Positions 40,530 to 50,815 of a stretch of DNA of 64,000 nucleotides are shown piece after piece. The position numbers and the translations under genes are program-made. Source of the stretch: an uncultured Planctomycetota bacterium (GTDB lineage: Bacteria; Planctomycetota; Planctomycetia; Isosphaerales; Isosphaeraceae); assembly GCA_963737655.1 (NCBI GenBank), contig CAVTTN010000002.1:416001-480000 (forward strand), read 5' to 3'. The notes below the pieces were generated by a model that was not told where the DNA came from, did not search any database, and worked only from the letters and a program-made list of their open reading frames with translations. How positions within the stretch are numbered: the stretch's first letter is position 1; each line of letters starts with the position of its first letter.

Positions 40530-41021
40530 ATGATCTCCGGCGAATTGCAGCCTCTGCCCTGGAACCGTAGGGTCATCAATGACATCCTCTTTGCGGCCTT
40601 CCTGCTCCCGTGGCTCCTCATGGGCGGAGGTTCGACACTGGTCGGAGCGCTGGCCGTCGGCCCTCGACGAGGCGACGACCTCTTCTCGGGGTTGCGGATC
40701 TGCTTGCCGGCCGGGCTTGCGCTCCTCGCCGGCGTCGGCTGGATGGCCTACTCTCATTTCTGGTCCGTGCCCCGTCGCACCGTCCAGGCATTTGAGTTCG
40801 CGAACGGCATCCTCAGCCTTCAGACCCCGCGCGGTTCGGCTTCCGTTTCGGCAAAGGACCTCCTGAGCCTGTCGGAGCAACGCGGCGTGCGAGGCCACGG
40901 CCTCTTGGGCTGGTGGCTCCGGTTCCATCGACATCATCCGGTCTATCTGCCTCGCGCGATCGACCGCGGGGCCGAGTTGGTCGAACGGCTGCGGGCTCCG
41001 GGTTCGGGGCAGTACGCCTAA
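40530..41021 (+). CDS. Hypothetical membrane protein
   Basis: Two TM segments plus a short soluble tail; GGAGG RBS. Confidence 0.55.
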   Translation: MISGELQPLPWNRRVINDILFAAFLLPWLLMGGGSTLVGALAVGPRRGDDLFSGLRICLPAGLALLAGVGWMAYSHFWSVPRRTVQAFEFANGILSLQTPRGSASVSAKDLLSLSEQRGVRGHGLLGWWLRFHRHHPVYLPRAIDRGAELVERLRAPGSGQYA

Positions 41022-41168
41022 CCTGGCTCTGCGGCGGACCCCGCACCGCCGCGGCGCTTTCTGCGACGATCCGAGGTCGATCGGGAAGGCTGGTCCGCTG
41101 AACCTGGTCGGTGACTGCCCGAATCGTGATCCAGAATCCGCGTCGCTCCCTCGTTCCCGGGCCGAACC

Positions 41169-42281
41169 ATGCGCATCCCCTACGAGATCGAACGGCCCGA
41201 AGACCTCCTGAGCCCGTCGCTCCTCGTGTTCCGCGACACCGTCCGCGAGAACATCGAGACGATGATCGGCCTGGCCGGCTCGGCCGATCGGCTGCGGCCC
41301 CATGCGAAGACCCACAAGATGCCGGCGATGATCCGGCTCCTCGAATCGTTCGGGATCGGCAAACATAAGTGCGCCACGATCGCCGAGGCGGAGATGATCG
41401 CCGAGGCCGGCGGTCGCGACGTGCTGATCGCCTATCCGCTCGTCGGGCCGAACACGGAGCGGCTCGCGGCGCTCGTCGACCGCTTCCCCGACACGACCTT
41501 TCGGACGGCCGTGGACGACTTCGACTCGGCTCGCGCACTCTCCCGGGCGATGACAACCGGCGAGCGCCCTCTGCTCCCCGTGCTCGTCGATCTGGACGTC
41601 GGGATGGGCCGGACGGGCATCGACCCGTCGCTCGCGTTCGACCTCTATCGCCGGATTCACGAGCTGCCGGGCCTGGTCGCCGACGGCCTCCAGGCGTATG
41701 ACGGCCACCTCCGCGACGCCGACCCCGAGGCGCGTCGCCTGGCGGCCGAACCCGGCCTCGCCGCGGTGCGGAACCTCCGAACACGGCTGGAATCCGAGGG
41801 CTTGCCCGTGCCGAGGGTCGTCCTCGGAGGGACGCCGACGTTCCCGATCCACGCCCGCCAGAGAGACCCCGGGTTCGAGGCGTCTCCGGGCACCTGCGTC
41901 TTCCACGACGCCGGTTACGCCGAGAAGTTCCCCGACCTGCCGTTCCGGCCGGCCGCCGTGCTGCTGACCCGGGTCATCAGCCGCCCGAGGCCGGGCCGCC
42001 TCTGCCTCGACCTCGGCCACAAGGCCGTCGCCGCCGACCCGGCCGGGGCTCGGCTGAGACTTCCGTACCTGCCCGAAGCGACCCTGGGCCCTCAGAGCGA
42101 GGAACACCTGGTGGTCGAGACCGCCAGGTCCGGCGACTTCCCGCCCGGGACGCCCCTGGTGGCCATCCCCACCCACATCTGCCCCACCGTCGCCCTCCAC
42201 CGATGGGCCTATGTGATCGAACATGGCCGGGTCGTCGATCGCTGGGAAGTCGGCGCCCGGGACCGTGTCCTCTCGTTGTGA
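41169..42281 (+). CDS. D-threonine aldolase / D-serine dehydratase family PLP enzyme
   Basis: LRPHAKTHK, KCATIAEAE, GMGRTG, YDGH, SEEH, PTHICPT. Confidence 0.92.
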   Translation: MRIPYEIERPEDLLSPSLLVFRDTVRENIETMIGLAGSADRLRPHAKTHKMPAMIRLLESFGIGKHKCATIAEAEMIAEAGGRDVLIAYPLVGPNTERLAALVDRFPDTTFRTAVDDFDSARALSRAMTTGERPLLPVLVDLDVGMGRTGIDPSLAFDLYRRIHELPGLVADGLQAYDGHLRDADPEARRLAAEPGLAAVRNLRTRLESEGLPVPRVVLGGTPTFPIHARQRDPGFEASPGTCVFHDAGYAEKFPDLPFRPAAVLLTRVISRPRPGRLCLDLGHKAVAADPAGARLRLPYLPEATLGPQSEEHLVVETARSGDFPPGTPLVAIPTHICPTVALHRWAYVIEHGRVVDRWEVGARDRVLSL

Positions 42282-42329
42282 ATCGGGGACGGAGCGCCTG
42301 ATCGCTCGGAAAGCTATGGGAAACGCTGA

Positions 42330-42566
42330 AGATTAACCGCCAAGACGCCAAGATCGCCAAGGGCAGAGGAGAGGGAGAGGAGGAGAGGAGGAGAGGAGGA
42401 GTCAGAGAAACAGAGGATCGAAACGCAGATGACGCAGATTTGAAGAATAATGCTTTTTCAGATCTGCGTCATCTGCGTTTCGAACTCTCCTCTTCTCCTC
42501 TTCTCCTCTTCTCCTCTTCTCCCTCTCCTCTGCCCTTGGCGATCTTGGCGTCTTGGCGGTTAATCT
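42330..42566. repeat. 237-bp nested palindromic element between convergent genes
   Basis: 49-bp perfect outer IR; 8-mer purine/pyrimidine tracts; inner IR CGAAACGCAGATGACGCAGAT. Confidence 0.9.
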
Positions 42567-42577
42567 CCCCGCCTCAA

Positions 42578-43105
42578 TCAACGGGCAGGGCGGTCCAGGG
42601 CGGAGGCGAGGGCCTCGGGGTCCTGGCTGCCGATCAGGACCCGGGAGCCGTCGGACAGGACGAGGCGGACGGCGCGATCCCCTCGCGCGGTGAGGATGCG
42701 CTCGCCGTCCTTCGTGGTGCGGACGCCCCAGAAGCCGTGGTCGCGGATCGGCCGGTAGCGGACGATCTCGACCGAGCGGACGGCGTCCAGGGGGAAGGCG
42801 CGGCGGTAGGTCGGGACGATCCCGAACCAGACCCGGCACTCGACCGGGTTGACCTCGGTGGTCATCCTCAGGACGCCGAAGACCAGCATGGGAGGCAGGA
42901 TCAGGCCCACGGCCAGGCTCAGGGGCACGGTCGCCCCGAGGGCACCCGGGGCGGCGGCCGGCTTCGCGCCGGGATCGGCGTGCGACTTCGCCCAGCCGAA
43001 CCAGGCGATCGCCACCATCAGCGCGAGGAGGACGTACAGCCACCAGGCGAAGTATTGCTCCTCGCGGTAGATGGCCGACGGGGGCCGGAGCGTCGCCACG
43101 GACAC
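42578..43105 (-). CDS. Membrane protein (DUF6141-like)
   Basis: YREEQYF, two TM helices, YRPIRDHGFWGVR, RGDRAVRL..LIGSQDP. Confidence 0.7.
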   Translation of the reverse strand: MSVATLRPPSAIYREEQYFAWWLYVLLALMVAIAWFGWAKSHADPGAKPAAAPGALGATVPLSLAVGLILPPMLVFGVLRMTTEVNPVECRVWFGIVPTYRRAFPLDAVRSVEIVRYRPIRDHGFWGVRTTKDGERILTARGDRAVRLVLSDGSRVLIGSQDPEALASALDRPAR

Positions 43106-43108
43106 GGT

Positions 43109-43957
43109 TCAGCCCCCTCCCCACGATGCGGACTTCGAGGCCGTCGCGGTCAGGAGCCTCTCCATCGAGCGAAAGCCCGCGTCGGCGACGGCGAAGGCGT
43201 CGATCTGCCAGAGCTGCGGGTTGAGCAGCTCCAGGGACACGAATCCGTCGTAACCAGACCGCCCGATCGCCTCGACGATCGGCCCGAGCCGAAAGTCCCC
43301 CTCGCCGGGGAAGATCCGGTCGGAGTCGCCGGCCAGCTCGCGAGGCGTCCCGCTGAGGTCGCTCGCCTGGACCCACGCCAGGGTGTCGGGGGAGAGGTAT
43401 TCGAGGTCCTCGAACTTGCTCGGCCCGGTGTAATAATGGAAGAAGTCCAGGCAGACCCCGACGCCCGCCGGGTCGGCCCCGCTCTGGGCGATCAGGGCGA
43501 GCGTGGTATCCAGGCTCGCGCAGAATCTCGCCGTCTTCTGGAATTCCAGGGCCAGGCGCACGCCCTGGGCCTTCGCCAGCTCGCTCGCCTCGGCCAGGGA
43601 CTCCGCGGCCCGGGCGAAGTCGTCATCCGAAGGGTCCGAGACGAAATCGGCCACGACCACGAGCGTCCCGACGCCGAGTTCGTTCAACAGGCCCAATCGC
43701 CGACGGAAGAGCCCCCAGTGTTCCTCGCGAGCCAGCCCTCGCGAGAGCAAGAGCCCGCCCTGAGACGCCGCGGCGACCGCTTCCAGGTCGTTCTCCGAGA
43801 GCAGGGCCCGCGCCTCCTCGACCGAGTGCCGCTCCAGGTATGTTTCGAGCTTCGTCAGCCAGAGCTCGACGGCCAGCCACCCGGCGCGTGCGAGGGCCGG
43901 CAAATCGGCCTCGAACGGGGTGCCCAGGATCGTGGCCTGGCTGATGCAGGGCCTCAT
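43109..43957 (-). CDS. Sugar phosphate isomerase/epimerase (xylose isomerase-like TIM barrel)
   Basis: LALEF, CLDFFH, DSDRIFPGEG, YDGFVSLEL; start uncertain (43957-43996). Confidence 0.88.
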   Translation of the reverse strand: MRPCISQATILGTPFEADLPALARAGWLAVELWLTKLETYLERHSVEEARALLSENDLEAVAAASQGGLLLSRGLAREEHWGLFRRRLGLLNELGVGTLVVVADFVSDPSDDDFARAAESLAEASELAKAQGVRLALEFQKTARFCASLDTTLALIAQSGADPAGVGVCLDFFHYYTGPSKFEDLEYLSPDTLAWVQASDLSGTPRELAGDSDRIFPGEGDFRLGPIVEAIGRSGYDGFVSLELLNPQLWQIDAFAVADAGFRSMERLLTATASKSASWGGG

Positions 43958-44033
43958 CGGCATGAGCGTCGGGCGGGCCTCGGCCTGCCGCCTCATCGGG
44001 GGTCGGCAGGCCGGGGCCTGCCCTTCGAGAGCG

Positions 44034-45355
44034 TCATCCCACCAGGTCGCGGATCGCCTGGACCACCCCTTCGGCCGGGACTCGCCACTGCCGGCCGTCG
44101 TCGCGGTCGCGGAAGGTGACGGTTCCGTCCTGCGCCGTCTGGCCGTCCACGGTGATGCCGAACGGCGTCCCGGCCTCGTCCTGGCGACGGTAGCGGCGGC
44201 CGATGGCGCCCTTTTCGTCGTAAAACACGTTGAAGTGCTTGCGCAAATCTTTGTAAATCGCCTCGGCCTTCTCGGGCATGCCGTCCTTCTTCACGAGGGG
44301 GAAGACCGCGGCCTTGATCGGGGCGAGCCGGGGGTGGAATTTCATCACGACCCGGGATTCGCCGCCCATCTCGTCCTCGGTGTACGCCTCGCACAGGAAC
44401 GCGAGCGTCCCGCGGTCGGCCCCGGCCGAGGGCTCGATCACGTGGGGGAGGAATCGCTCCTTCTTCTCCTCGTCGAAGTACGAGAGGTCCTTGCCGCTGA
44501 ACTTCTGGTGCTGCGAGAGGTCGTAATCGCCGCGATGGGCGATCCCTTCCAGCTCGCTCACGCCGAACGGGAACTCGTATTCGATGTCGGCCGTGGCGGT
44601 CGAGTAGAACGCAAGTTCATCCGGGTCGTGGTCGCGAAGCCGGAGCTTCTCCGACTTCAGCCCGTGGCGGACGTACCACTCGAACCGTTCCTTCCGCCAG
44701 TACGCATACCAGTCCTTCGCCTCCTCGGGGCGGCAGAAGAACTCGATCTCCATCTGCTCGAACTCCCGGGAGCGGAACGTGAAATTCCGGGCGCGATCTC
44801 GTTGCGGAAGCTCTTCCCGACCTGAGCGATCCCGAACGGCACCTTCACCCGGCCGGTGTCCACCACGTTCTTGAAGTTCGCAAAGATACCCTGGGCCGTC
44901 TCGGGACGGAGGTAGGCGACCGACGACGCCTCTTCGAGCGCGCCCACGTGCGTCTTGAACATCAAATTGAACGCGCGGGCGGCGGTCAACTGGCACTTCT
45001 CGAACTCGCCCGGGTGCTTCGAGGGCTTGAGAGGGCAGGCGGAGGTGGCGATGTGATCCTCTCGGAAGCGGCCCTTGCAGCCCTCGGTCTTGCAATCGAC
45101 CATCGGGTCGCTGAACCCGCCGACGTGCCCGCTCGCCTCCCAGACCTTGGGATTCATGATGATCGAGCAGTCGATGCCGACCATGTCCTCGCGAGAGCGG
45201 ACGTTGTCGTGCCACCAGGCGTCCTTGATGTTCCTCTTGAGCTCGACGCCGAGCGGCCCGTAGTCCCAGAAGCCGTTGATCCCGCCATAAATCTCGCTCG
45301 ACGGGAAGATGAAACCGCGACGCTTGCAGAGCGAGACCAGCTTGTCCATGTCCAT
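44034..45355 (-). CDS. glyQS: Glycine--tRNA ligase (homodimeric type); frameshift near 44790
   Basis: [34 protein letters not shown] / [29 protein letters not shown]. Confidence 0.96.
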
Positions 45356-45404
45356 CGGAAGATCCTGTTGGGTGCATGCGATGCACCGATCGATGCTCCG
45401 GTCG

Positions 45405-46160
45405 TCATCCCGCCCGAACGATCCCGCCCCGTCCGCGATCGAGCTCCGCCACCAATGGGAACCGATCGATCTTCGCCACGTCGAGGAGGTCGGCGGCCAG
45501 GCCGATCTCGCGGACCCTCCGCCCGCCTCGACCCTGACCGAGCAGCTCGGCCAGCGATCCCCCCTCGTCGTCCAGCCGGGTCCGGGCGTCGAGCCACGCC
45601 CAGAGGGCGATCAGCGCCGAGTCGTTGGCCGGGACCCTCGCCGATTTCACCCCGGCCACGATCGCCCCGGCCATCAGCGAATCCTCGAAGCTCACGAGGC
45701 CATCGGTCCCGGCGCAGACGACGTGGAGCGGCCGGGGGTCGTTCACCACGCTCGCCACGGTCGCCGAAAGGTTCGCAAATGATGCGATTCGGACGGTTTC
45801 GGCCGTTTCGCTCGCCAGGATCGCTTTCGTCCCGTTGGTCGTGGTGATGACCACGACCTTGCCGCCGCACGACTCGGGATTATAGGACGACGGCGAGTTG
45901 CCGAAGTCGAATCCGGGGATCGGCAGGCCCTGGCGCTCGCCTCCGAGGACCGCGCGATCGCGGCCGATCTCGTTCGCAACTCTTAGGGCCTCTTCGACTT
46001 CCAAGCAAGGCACGATCCGCTCGCAGCCGGCGGCGAGGGCGGCGATCATGGCCGAGGTGGCGCGGAGGACGTCCAGGACCACGGCCACTCCGCCGGTCAG
46101 GGCGCCGGGCGGGATCAGGCTCGGCAGGAGGTGGACGGTCACGGGGGGTCGATCGCTCAT
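45405..46160 (-). CDS. comB: 2-phosphosulfolactate phosphatase
   Basis: [29 protein letters not shown]...ED. Confidence 0.9.
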   Translation of the reverse strand: MSDRPPVTVHLLPSLIPPGALTGGVAVVLDVLRATSAMIAALAAGCERIVPCLEVEEALRVANEIGRDRAVLGGERQGLPIPGFDFGNSPSSYNPESCGGKVVVITTTNGTKAILASETAETVRIASFANLSATVASVVNDPRPLHVVCAGTDGLVSFEDSLMAGAIVAGVKSARVPANDSALIALWAWLDARTRLDDEGGSLAELLGQGRGGRRVREIGLAADLLDVAKIDRFPLVAELDRGRGGIVRAG

Positions 46161-46366
46161 CCATCGGTCCGGAGCGGTCGCAGAGGGGGCCAGTTCGAGC
46201 CGGATTATCGCACACGGGGACGGGCCGGGGAAGTCCGCCGGGCTGTTCGTCTTCCCCGGGGCGCCCGATTGGGTTAAGTTGCCGGTCCGACCGGGCCGAA
46301 GAATCCGGGGTAAGGCGGCCGATTCGACGACGGGACCGAGGGCCTCGACCTCACCGAGGTGCTAGA

Positions 46367-47151
46367 ATGCGCGAGTCGAAGGGACGCTCGCTTCCGCTCA
46401 GCGGTCCCCGGCGGTTCATCTCCGATTTGGTCCACTTCGCCAAGAAGGTGCCGAGCGTCCCGGTGGCCCGGACCATCGACGTCTCCCGCCTGATCGGCCC
46501 GAGGCGAAGCCACCCCGACCGCCCCTCGTGGGCCGTCCTGTTCATGAAGGCGTATGGCCTGGTCGCCGCCGCGAACCCGCCGTTGCGGCGCGCCCTGCTG
46601 ACCTTCCCCCATGCCCGGCTGTACGAGCATCCGGCGACGGTCTGCGCGCTGGCCCTGGAACGCGAATACCTCGGCGAGGAGAGCATTTTTGTCGGGCTCT
46701 TCCGCGCCCGGAGTGCCAGAGCCTCTCGGAGCTGGACCGGGCGATCTCGTCGTACAAGAAGGATCCCCTGGAGGAGATCGGCTTCTTCCGCCAGGCCCTC
46801 CGCGTGAGCTCGGCCCCGGCGCCGATCCGTCGGTTCTTGTGGTGGAGCACCCTGGCGGTGTCGGGCCCGAAGCGGGCGAAGCGGTTCGGGACGTTCGGCC
46901 TCTCGACCTATGGCTCGCTCGGGGCCGAGAGCCTCCACCCGATCTCTCCGCTGACCACCACGCTGACCTACGGACCCATCGACGACAACGGCCGGGTCTG
47001 CGTGAAGCTGATCTACGATCACCGGGTCCTCGACGGCGCCTTCATCGCCCGGAGGCTCGCCGAGATCGAGGACACCCTGAACGGCGCCATCCTCGACGAG
47101 CTCCAGGCCGGCGCGCCCGCCTCGCTCAAGCTCGTCCCGCCGGCCGCCTGA
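46367..47151 (+). CDS. Stand-alone 2-oxoacid dehydrogenase E2/CAT-like acyltransferase domain; frameshift near 46708
   Basis: FGTFGLS and YDHRVLDG catalytic motif; no lipoyl domain. Confidence 0.7.
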
Positions 47152-47162
47152 GAACAGACGGG

Positions 47163-47200
47163 TCCGCCGAGGAATTCCCCGTCAGGAATTCCTCGGCGGA
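47163..47200. terminator. Perfect 16-bp hairpin between convergent genes
   Basis: TCCGCCGAGGAATTCC-CCGTCA-GGAATTCCTCGGCGGA. Confidence 0.55.
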
Positions 47201-47215
47201 TCGACGATTCTCCGA

Positions 47216-48067
47216 TCAGATCGGCTCGGCCGCTTCCTGGTCGGTGGTGATGCGGACTTCCATCCGGCTCATCAGCTTCTTGAGCTGCTCCTCCTTCTGG
47301 TCGATCCACAGGACGTTGTCCAGGACGATGGCCTTGCGCTCGTTCTGGACGTGGAGGATCAGCCGGCCGGACCGCAACAGGGCGTATTCGAGGATGTCCG
47401 GGATCTCCTTGGCGAAGGTCAGGTTGGTGGTCGGGAACCGCTCCAGGTCGCTGAACGGGCCGTGGTTGTGGAGGATCTCGTTCGGGAGGATCTCGTAGTA
47501 GTCGAGGTAGCGAGACACCCAGATGATCCCGAAGTTGATCAGGATCGCCGTGGCGATCAGCGCGTAGAACGCCGAGTTCGCCACGGCGAACACCCGTTCC
47601 AGGAGGTTCACGACCGAGGGGATCAGGTCGAACCAAACGTTCAGCCACAACAGGAAGAACGTGAGCGCCGCGGCGAGCAGGACGATGGCGATCACCGTGA
47701 ATCTCGGGAAGTCGATCGCCATCACGAGCATGTTGAAGAAGAACACGACCACGAACAGCATCCCAAAGACGTTCTGGGGACTGCTGAAGCGGCGGACCGT
47801 CGGCGCCGGGACGGTGTTGCCCTTCGCGTCGACGACGGTGGCCGGCGCCTTCGGCGCCCCGGCTTCCTCGGCCTTGACCTGCGCCTGGCGCGCCTCGCGC
47901 TTCGGGTCGGTCGTCCGGTCGCCGATGACCGACATCCCCACGGCGCAGATCACCGCGACGGCGAAGGTGGGCCAGATGAAGATGATCTTCGGATAGGTGA
48001 AGATCTTCATGCCCTTATGTTGCATCTGCATCGGCGGGGCGGACGACTTGTTGGCTTCGGTGGACAT
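47216..48067 (-). CDS. Hypothetical membrane protein
   Basis: About 4 TM helices plus a soluble C-terminal domain; strong codon bias. Confidence 0.8.
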   Translation of the reverse strand: MSTEANKSSAPPMQMQHKGMKIFTYPKIIFIWPTFAVAVICAVGMSVIGDRTTDPKREARQAQVKAEEAGAPKAPATVVDAKGNTVPAPTVRRFSSPQNVFGMLFVVVFFFNMLVMAIDFPRFTVIAIVLLAAALTFFLLWLNVWFDLIPSVVNLLERVFAVANSAFYALIATAILINFGIIWVSRYLDYYEILPNEILHNHGPFSDLERFPTTNLTFAKEIPDILEYALLRSGRLILHVQNERKAIVLDNVLWIDQKEEQLKKLMSRMEVRITTDQEAAEPI

Positions 48068-48353
48068 GGGAGCGAATCTCCGGGATCGGCCCTGAATCGA
48101 GCGAACCGAGGCCCCACCCAGCGAGGCCCATCGGGCGAAGAGGCGTATCGTAACGCCCGTAACCCCTTGGGTAAAGGACCACGAACGCGCCGGAACGCCC
48201 GGCCCGGACAGTCCTTCGCCGCCCGAGCCGGAAAATTCCGATTGACGGGGAACTCGACCACCTGTAGGGTGCAAGAAATGCACCGGCCTGCCGACCTTCG
48301 ATGCGAAGGGCGAGACGGCGTGTCGGCGTGTGTCCGAGGAAGGAGTCCGGCCC

Positions 48354-50652
48354 ATGCGAATCCGCCCGATCGCCCGGGGAATCTCGATCCTCGCGCTCGC
48401 CCTGTCGGCCGGTTCGGCCTCTCCGGCGGGCGCCGACGGCCCGAAGGCCGGGACCGAGGCCCGCCGACTGCTGGAACAGGTCGTGAAGGCGTACCGAGAC
48501 TCCCCGGGATTCACGGAGACGGGGACGGTCCGCGTCGAGCAGGACGGGCCCTTCACCGCCGATTCCCCGTCGTTCCGCCCCAGTTCTTATGAAGAATCGT
48601 ACTCGCTGAGCCTCTCCCGCCCGAATCTGGTGGACCTCCAGTTGGGCGATCTCCGCCTGATGTCGGACGGCAAGGTCCTGTGGGTCGTGAATCCGAAGTT
48701 CCAATGCTATTTCGCCGGCAAGGCGCCCGCCAAGATCGACCTGGACTTCCTGAGCCAGGAACCCTGGTCGGAGGTCTTCCTCGCGGAACCCTCGAACGCG
48801 GAACTCCACCTCCTGCTCGCCCTGACCTTCTCCGACCAGCCCCTCGAACGCCTCTTCCCGCCCGAGGATTGGCTCGAGGAGGTGCCCGCGGAGGCCGTCC
48901 TCGACGGCAAGCGCGTCCTCGTCCTGCGGTTCCATCGGCGATCCGGGAAGTCCGCACACCTCCCGGGTTCGGGGCTGCTCGTGCTCTCGATCGACCCGGA
49001 TTCGAAACGGATTGCGCAAATCGAGCTCATCCGGCCGCCCTCGCTCGACGCGAATTTCCTCTGTCCCTGGCTCGAGCGCCCGAGCCGCTGACGAGACCCC
49101 GTTCGTTTCGATCCCGCTCGACGCGTTCGTGTTCCTCCCAGGCCCGGTCGATCCCAATCGCGTGGCGCCTCCGATGCCGCCGGCCGGGCCCGATGAGGAA
49201 TTCCTCCGCCCGCCGCCGGGCGGCCCCGATGGCGACGAGCCTCCGATGCCGACGCCCATGATCCCGAGGACGATCTCCACCTCGTGGACATCCCGCGACT
49301 TCCGCCCGGACCGGCCGGCGCCCGACACCTTCGCCCTCGCCGACCGCAAGACCTTCCGGCGACGCAACCGGGCCGAGGACGTCGTCCAGACGATCACCTT
49401 CGAGGCCCTCCAGGGCATCCAGGTCTTCTCGCCCGAAGCACAGATCGCCGCCTGCAACGAGCAAGTGGAGCAGAATCCGCGCGATCCCGCCCCGCTCGTC
49501 AATCGGGCCGGGACGTGGATCAGGCTCGACCAGTTCGACGCGGCCCTCGCCGACATCGATCGCGCCCTGGCGCTCGGGGCGACTCCTGAGGCCCTCCTCC
49601 TCAGGGCGCAGGTATGGACCCGCAGGAACGAGCATGCGAAGGCCCTTGCGGACTACGATGAGGCGATCAAGCTCGACCCGAAATCGTCCGAGGCCCTGGT
49701 GAAGCGGTCCGAGGCGCTGAGTCTCCTGAGGGACTGGAGGCGGGCCTCGGCCGACCTGGATGAGGCCATCCGGATCGGCCCGGAGTCCGCGTCCCTCTTC
49801 GCCCAGAGGGGAACGTGCCGATTCGAGCAGAAGCGATACGACGAGGCCATCGCCGACTACACCCGGGCCCTCGCGATCGACGGAGACACCGCGTATTTGT
49901 TCTACAATCGCGGCCTCGCCGCCCTCCACAAGGAGGACAACATCGGTGCGATCCAGGATTTCGACCGTTGCCTCGACACCGACCCTCTCGAAGACCATGC
50001 CTTCGCGGAGCGTGCCCAAGCGAAGAAAGCGATGGGACGGCTCGATGAGGCGCTCGCCGACTCCGCTCGGGCCGTCGAGCTCAAGCCGGATGACCCGATC
50101 AATCACAAGATCCTCGGCTATGTCCTCGCCGAGAGGGGAGACCACGAGAAGGCCATCCAGGAGTTCTCGACGGCCATCCGGCTCGACCCGACGGACTCCT
50201 CGGCGTTCCTGAACCGGGCCGCCTCCCACGACCATCAGGCTCAGTTCGACGCGGCCTTGGCCGACCTGGACGGGGCCATCCGCCTCGATCCCTCGGCCCA
50301 CGCCCTGGGCCAGAGGGGCGACCTCCTCACCAGGCTCAAGGAAGATGAGAAAGCCATCCCCGACCTCGAAGCGGCCATCCGGAAAAACCCAAAGGACGCT
50401 TTCTCCCTCGCCAGCAAGGGCAAGATCTTCTGCCGGGCGGGCAAGTGCGACGAGGCGATCATTCAATTCTCGGCCGCGCTCCAACTCAACCCGAACCTCC
50501 ACGGAACCCGGTTCAATCGAGGATGCTGCTACGCCGGAGCCGGCGAGATCGACAAGGCCCTCCTCGACTTCGAAACAGTCGCCAGCGAGACGGACGACGA
50601 TTCGCTCCGCCAGCGGGCCGAGGATGAGATCCGCAAGCTCCAGGACCAATGA
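48354..50652 (+). CDS. Secreted protein with LolA/DUF2092-like N-domain and about 11 TPR repeats; probable frameshift near 49070
   Basis: AAGGAG RBS; signal peptide; RPN...SDGKVLW segment; A.ADY.EAI.LDP repeats in ORF 49012..50652. Confidence 0.7.
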
Positions 50653-50662
50653 TTCATGTCGT

Positions 50663-50700
50663 CGGGTGGCATGCTTACGAATACATAAGCATGCCACCCG
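50663..50700. repeat. REP-like 15-bp perfect hairpin
   Basis: CGGGTGGCATGCTTA-8 nt-TAAGCATGCCACCCG. Confidence 0.6.
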
Positions 50701-50739
50701 GAGACTAGCCCTTCGCGGAAGCGGACGCTCGCCCCGTGC

Positions 50740-50768
50740 TTGACACCTCCCGATCCCCGCCGTACCGT
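50740..50768 (+). promoter_or_regulatory. Putative sigma70 promoter for the AAA/TPR operon
   Basis: TTGACA-17 bp-TACCGT. Confidence 0.45.
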
Positions 50769-50815
50769 GAATCCGTTCGCCCCGGCCCGTTGATCGATCG
50801 ATTGAGGACCCCGCC

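Noticed and set aside
44034..45355. glyQS pseudogene or programmed frameshift
   Set aside because: Essential gene, single missing base in a C-run, no slippery heptamer; the same error type recurs across the window.
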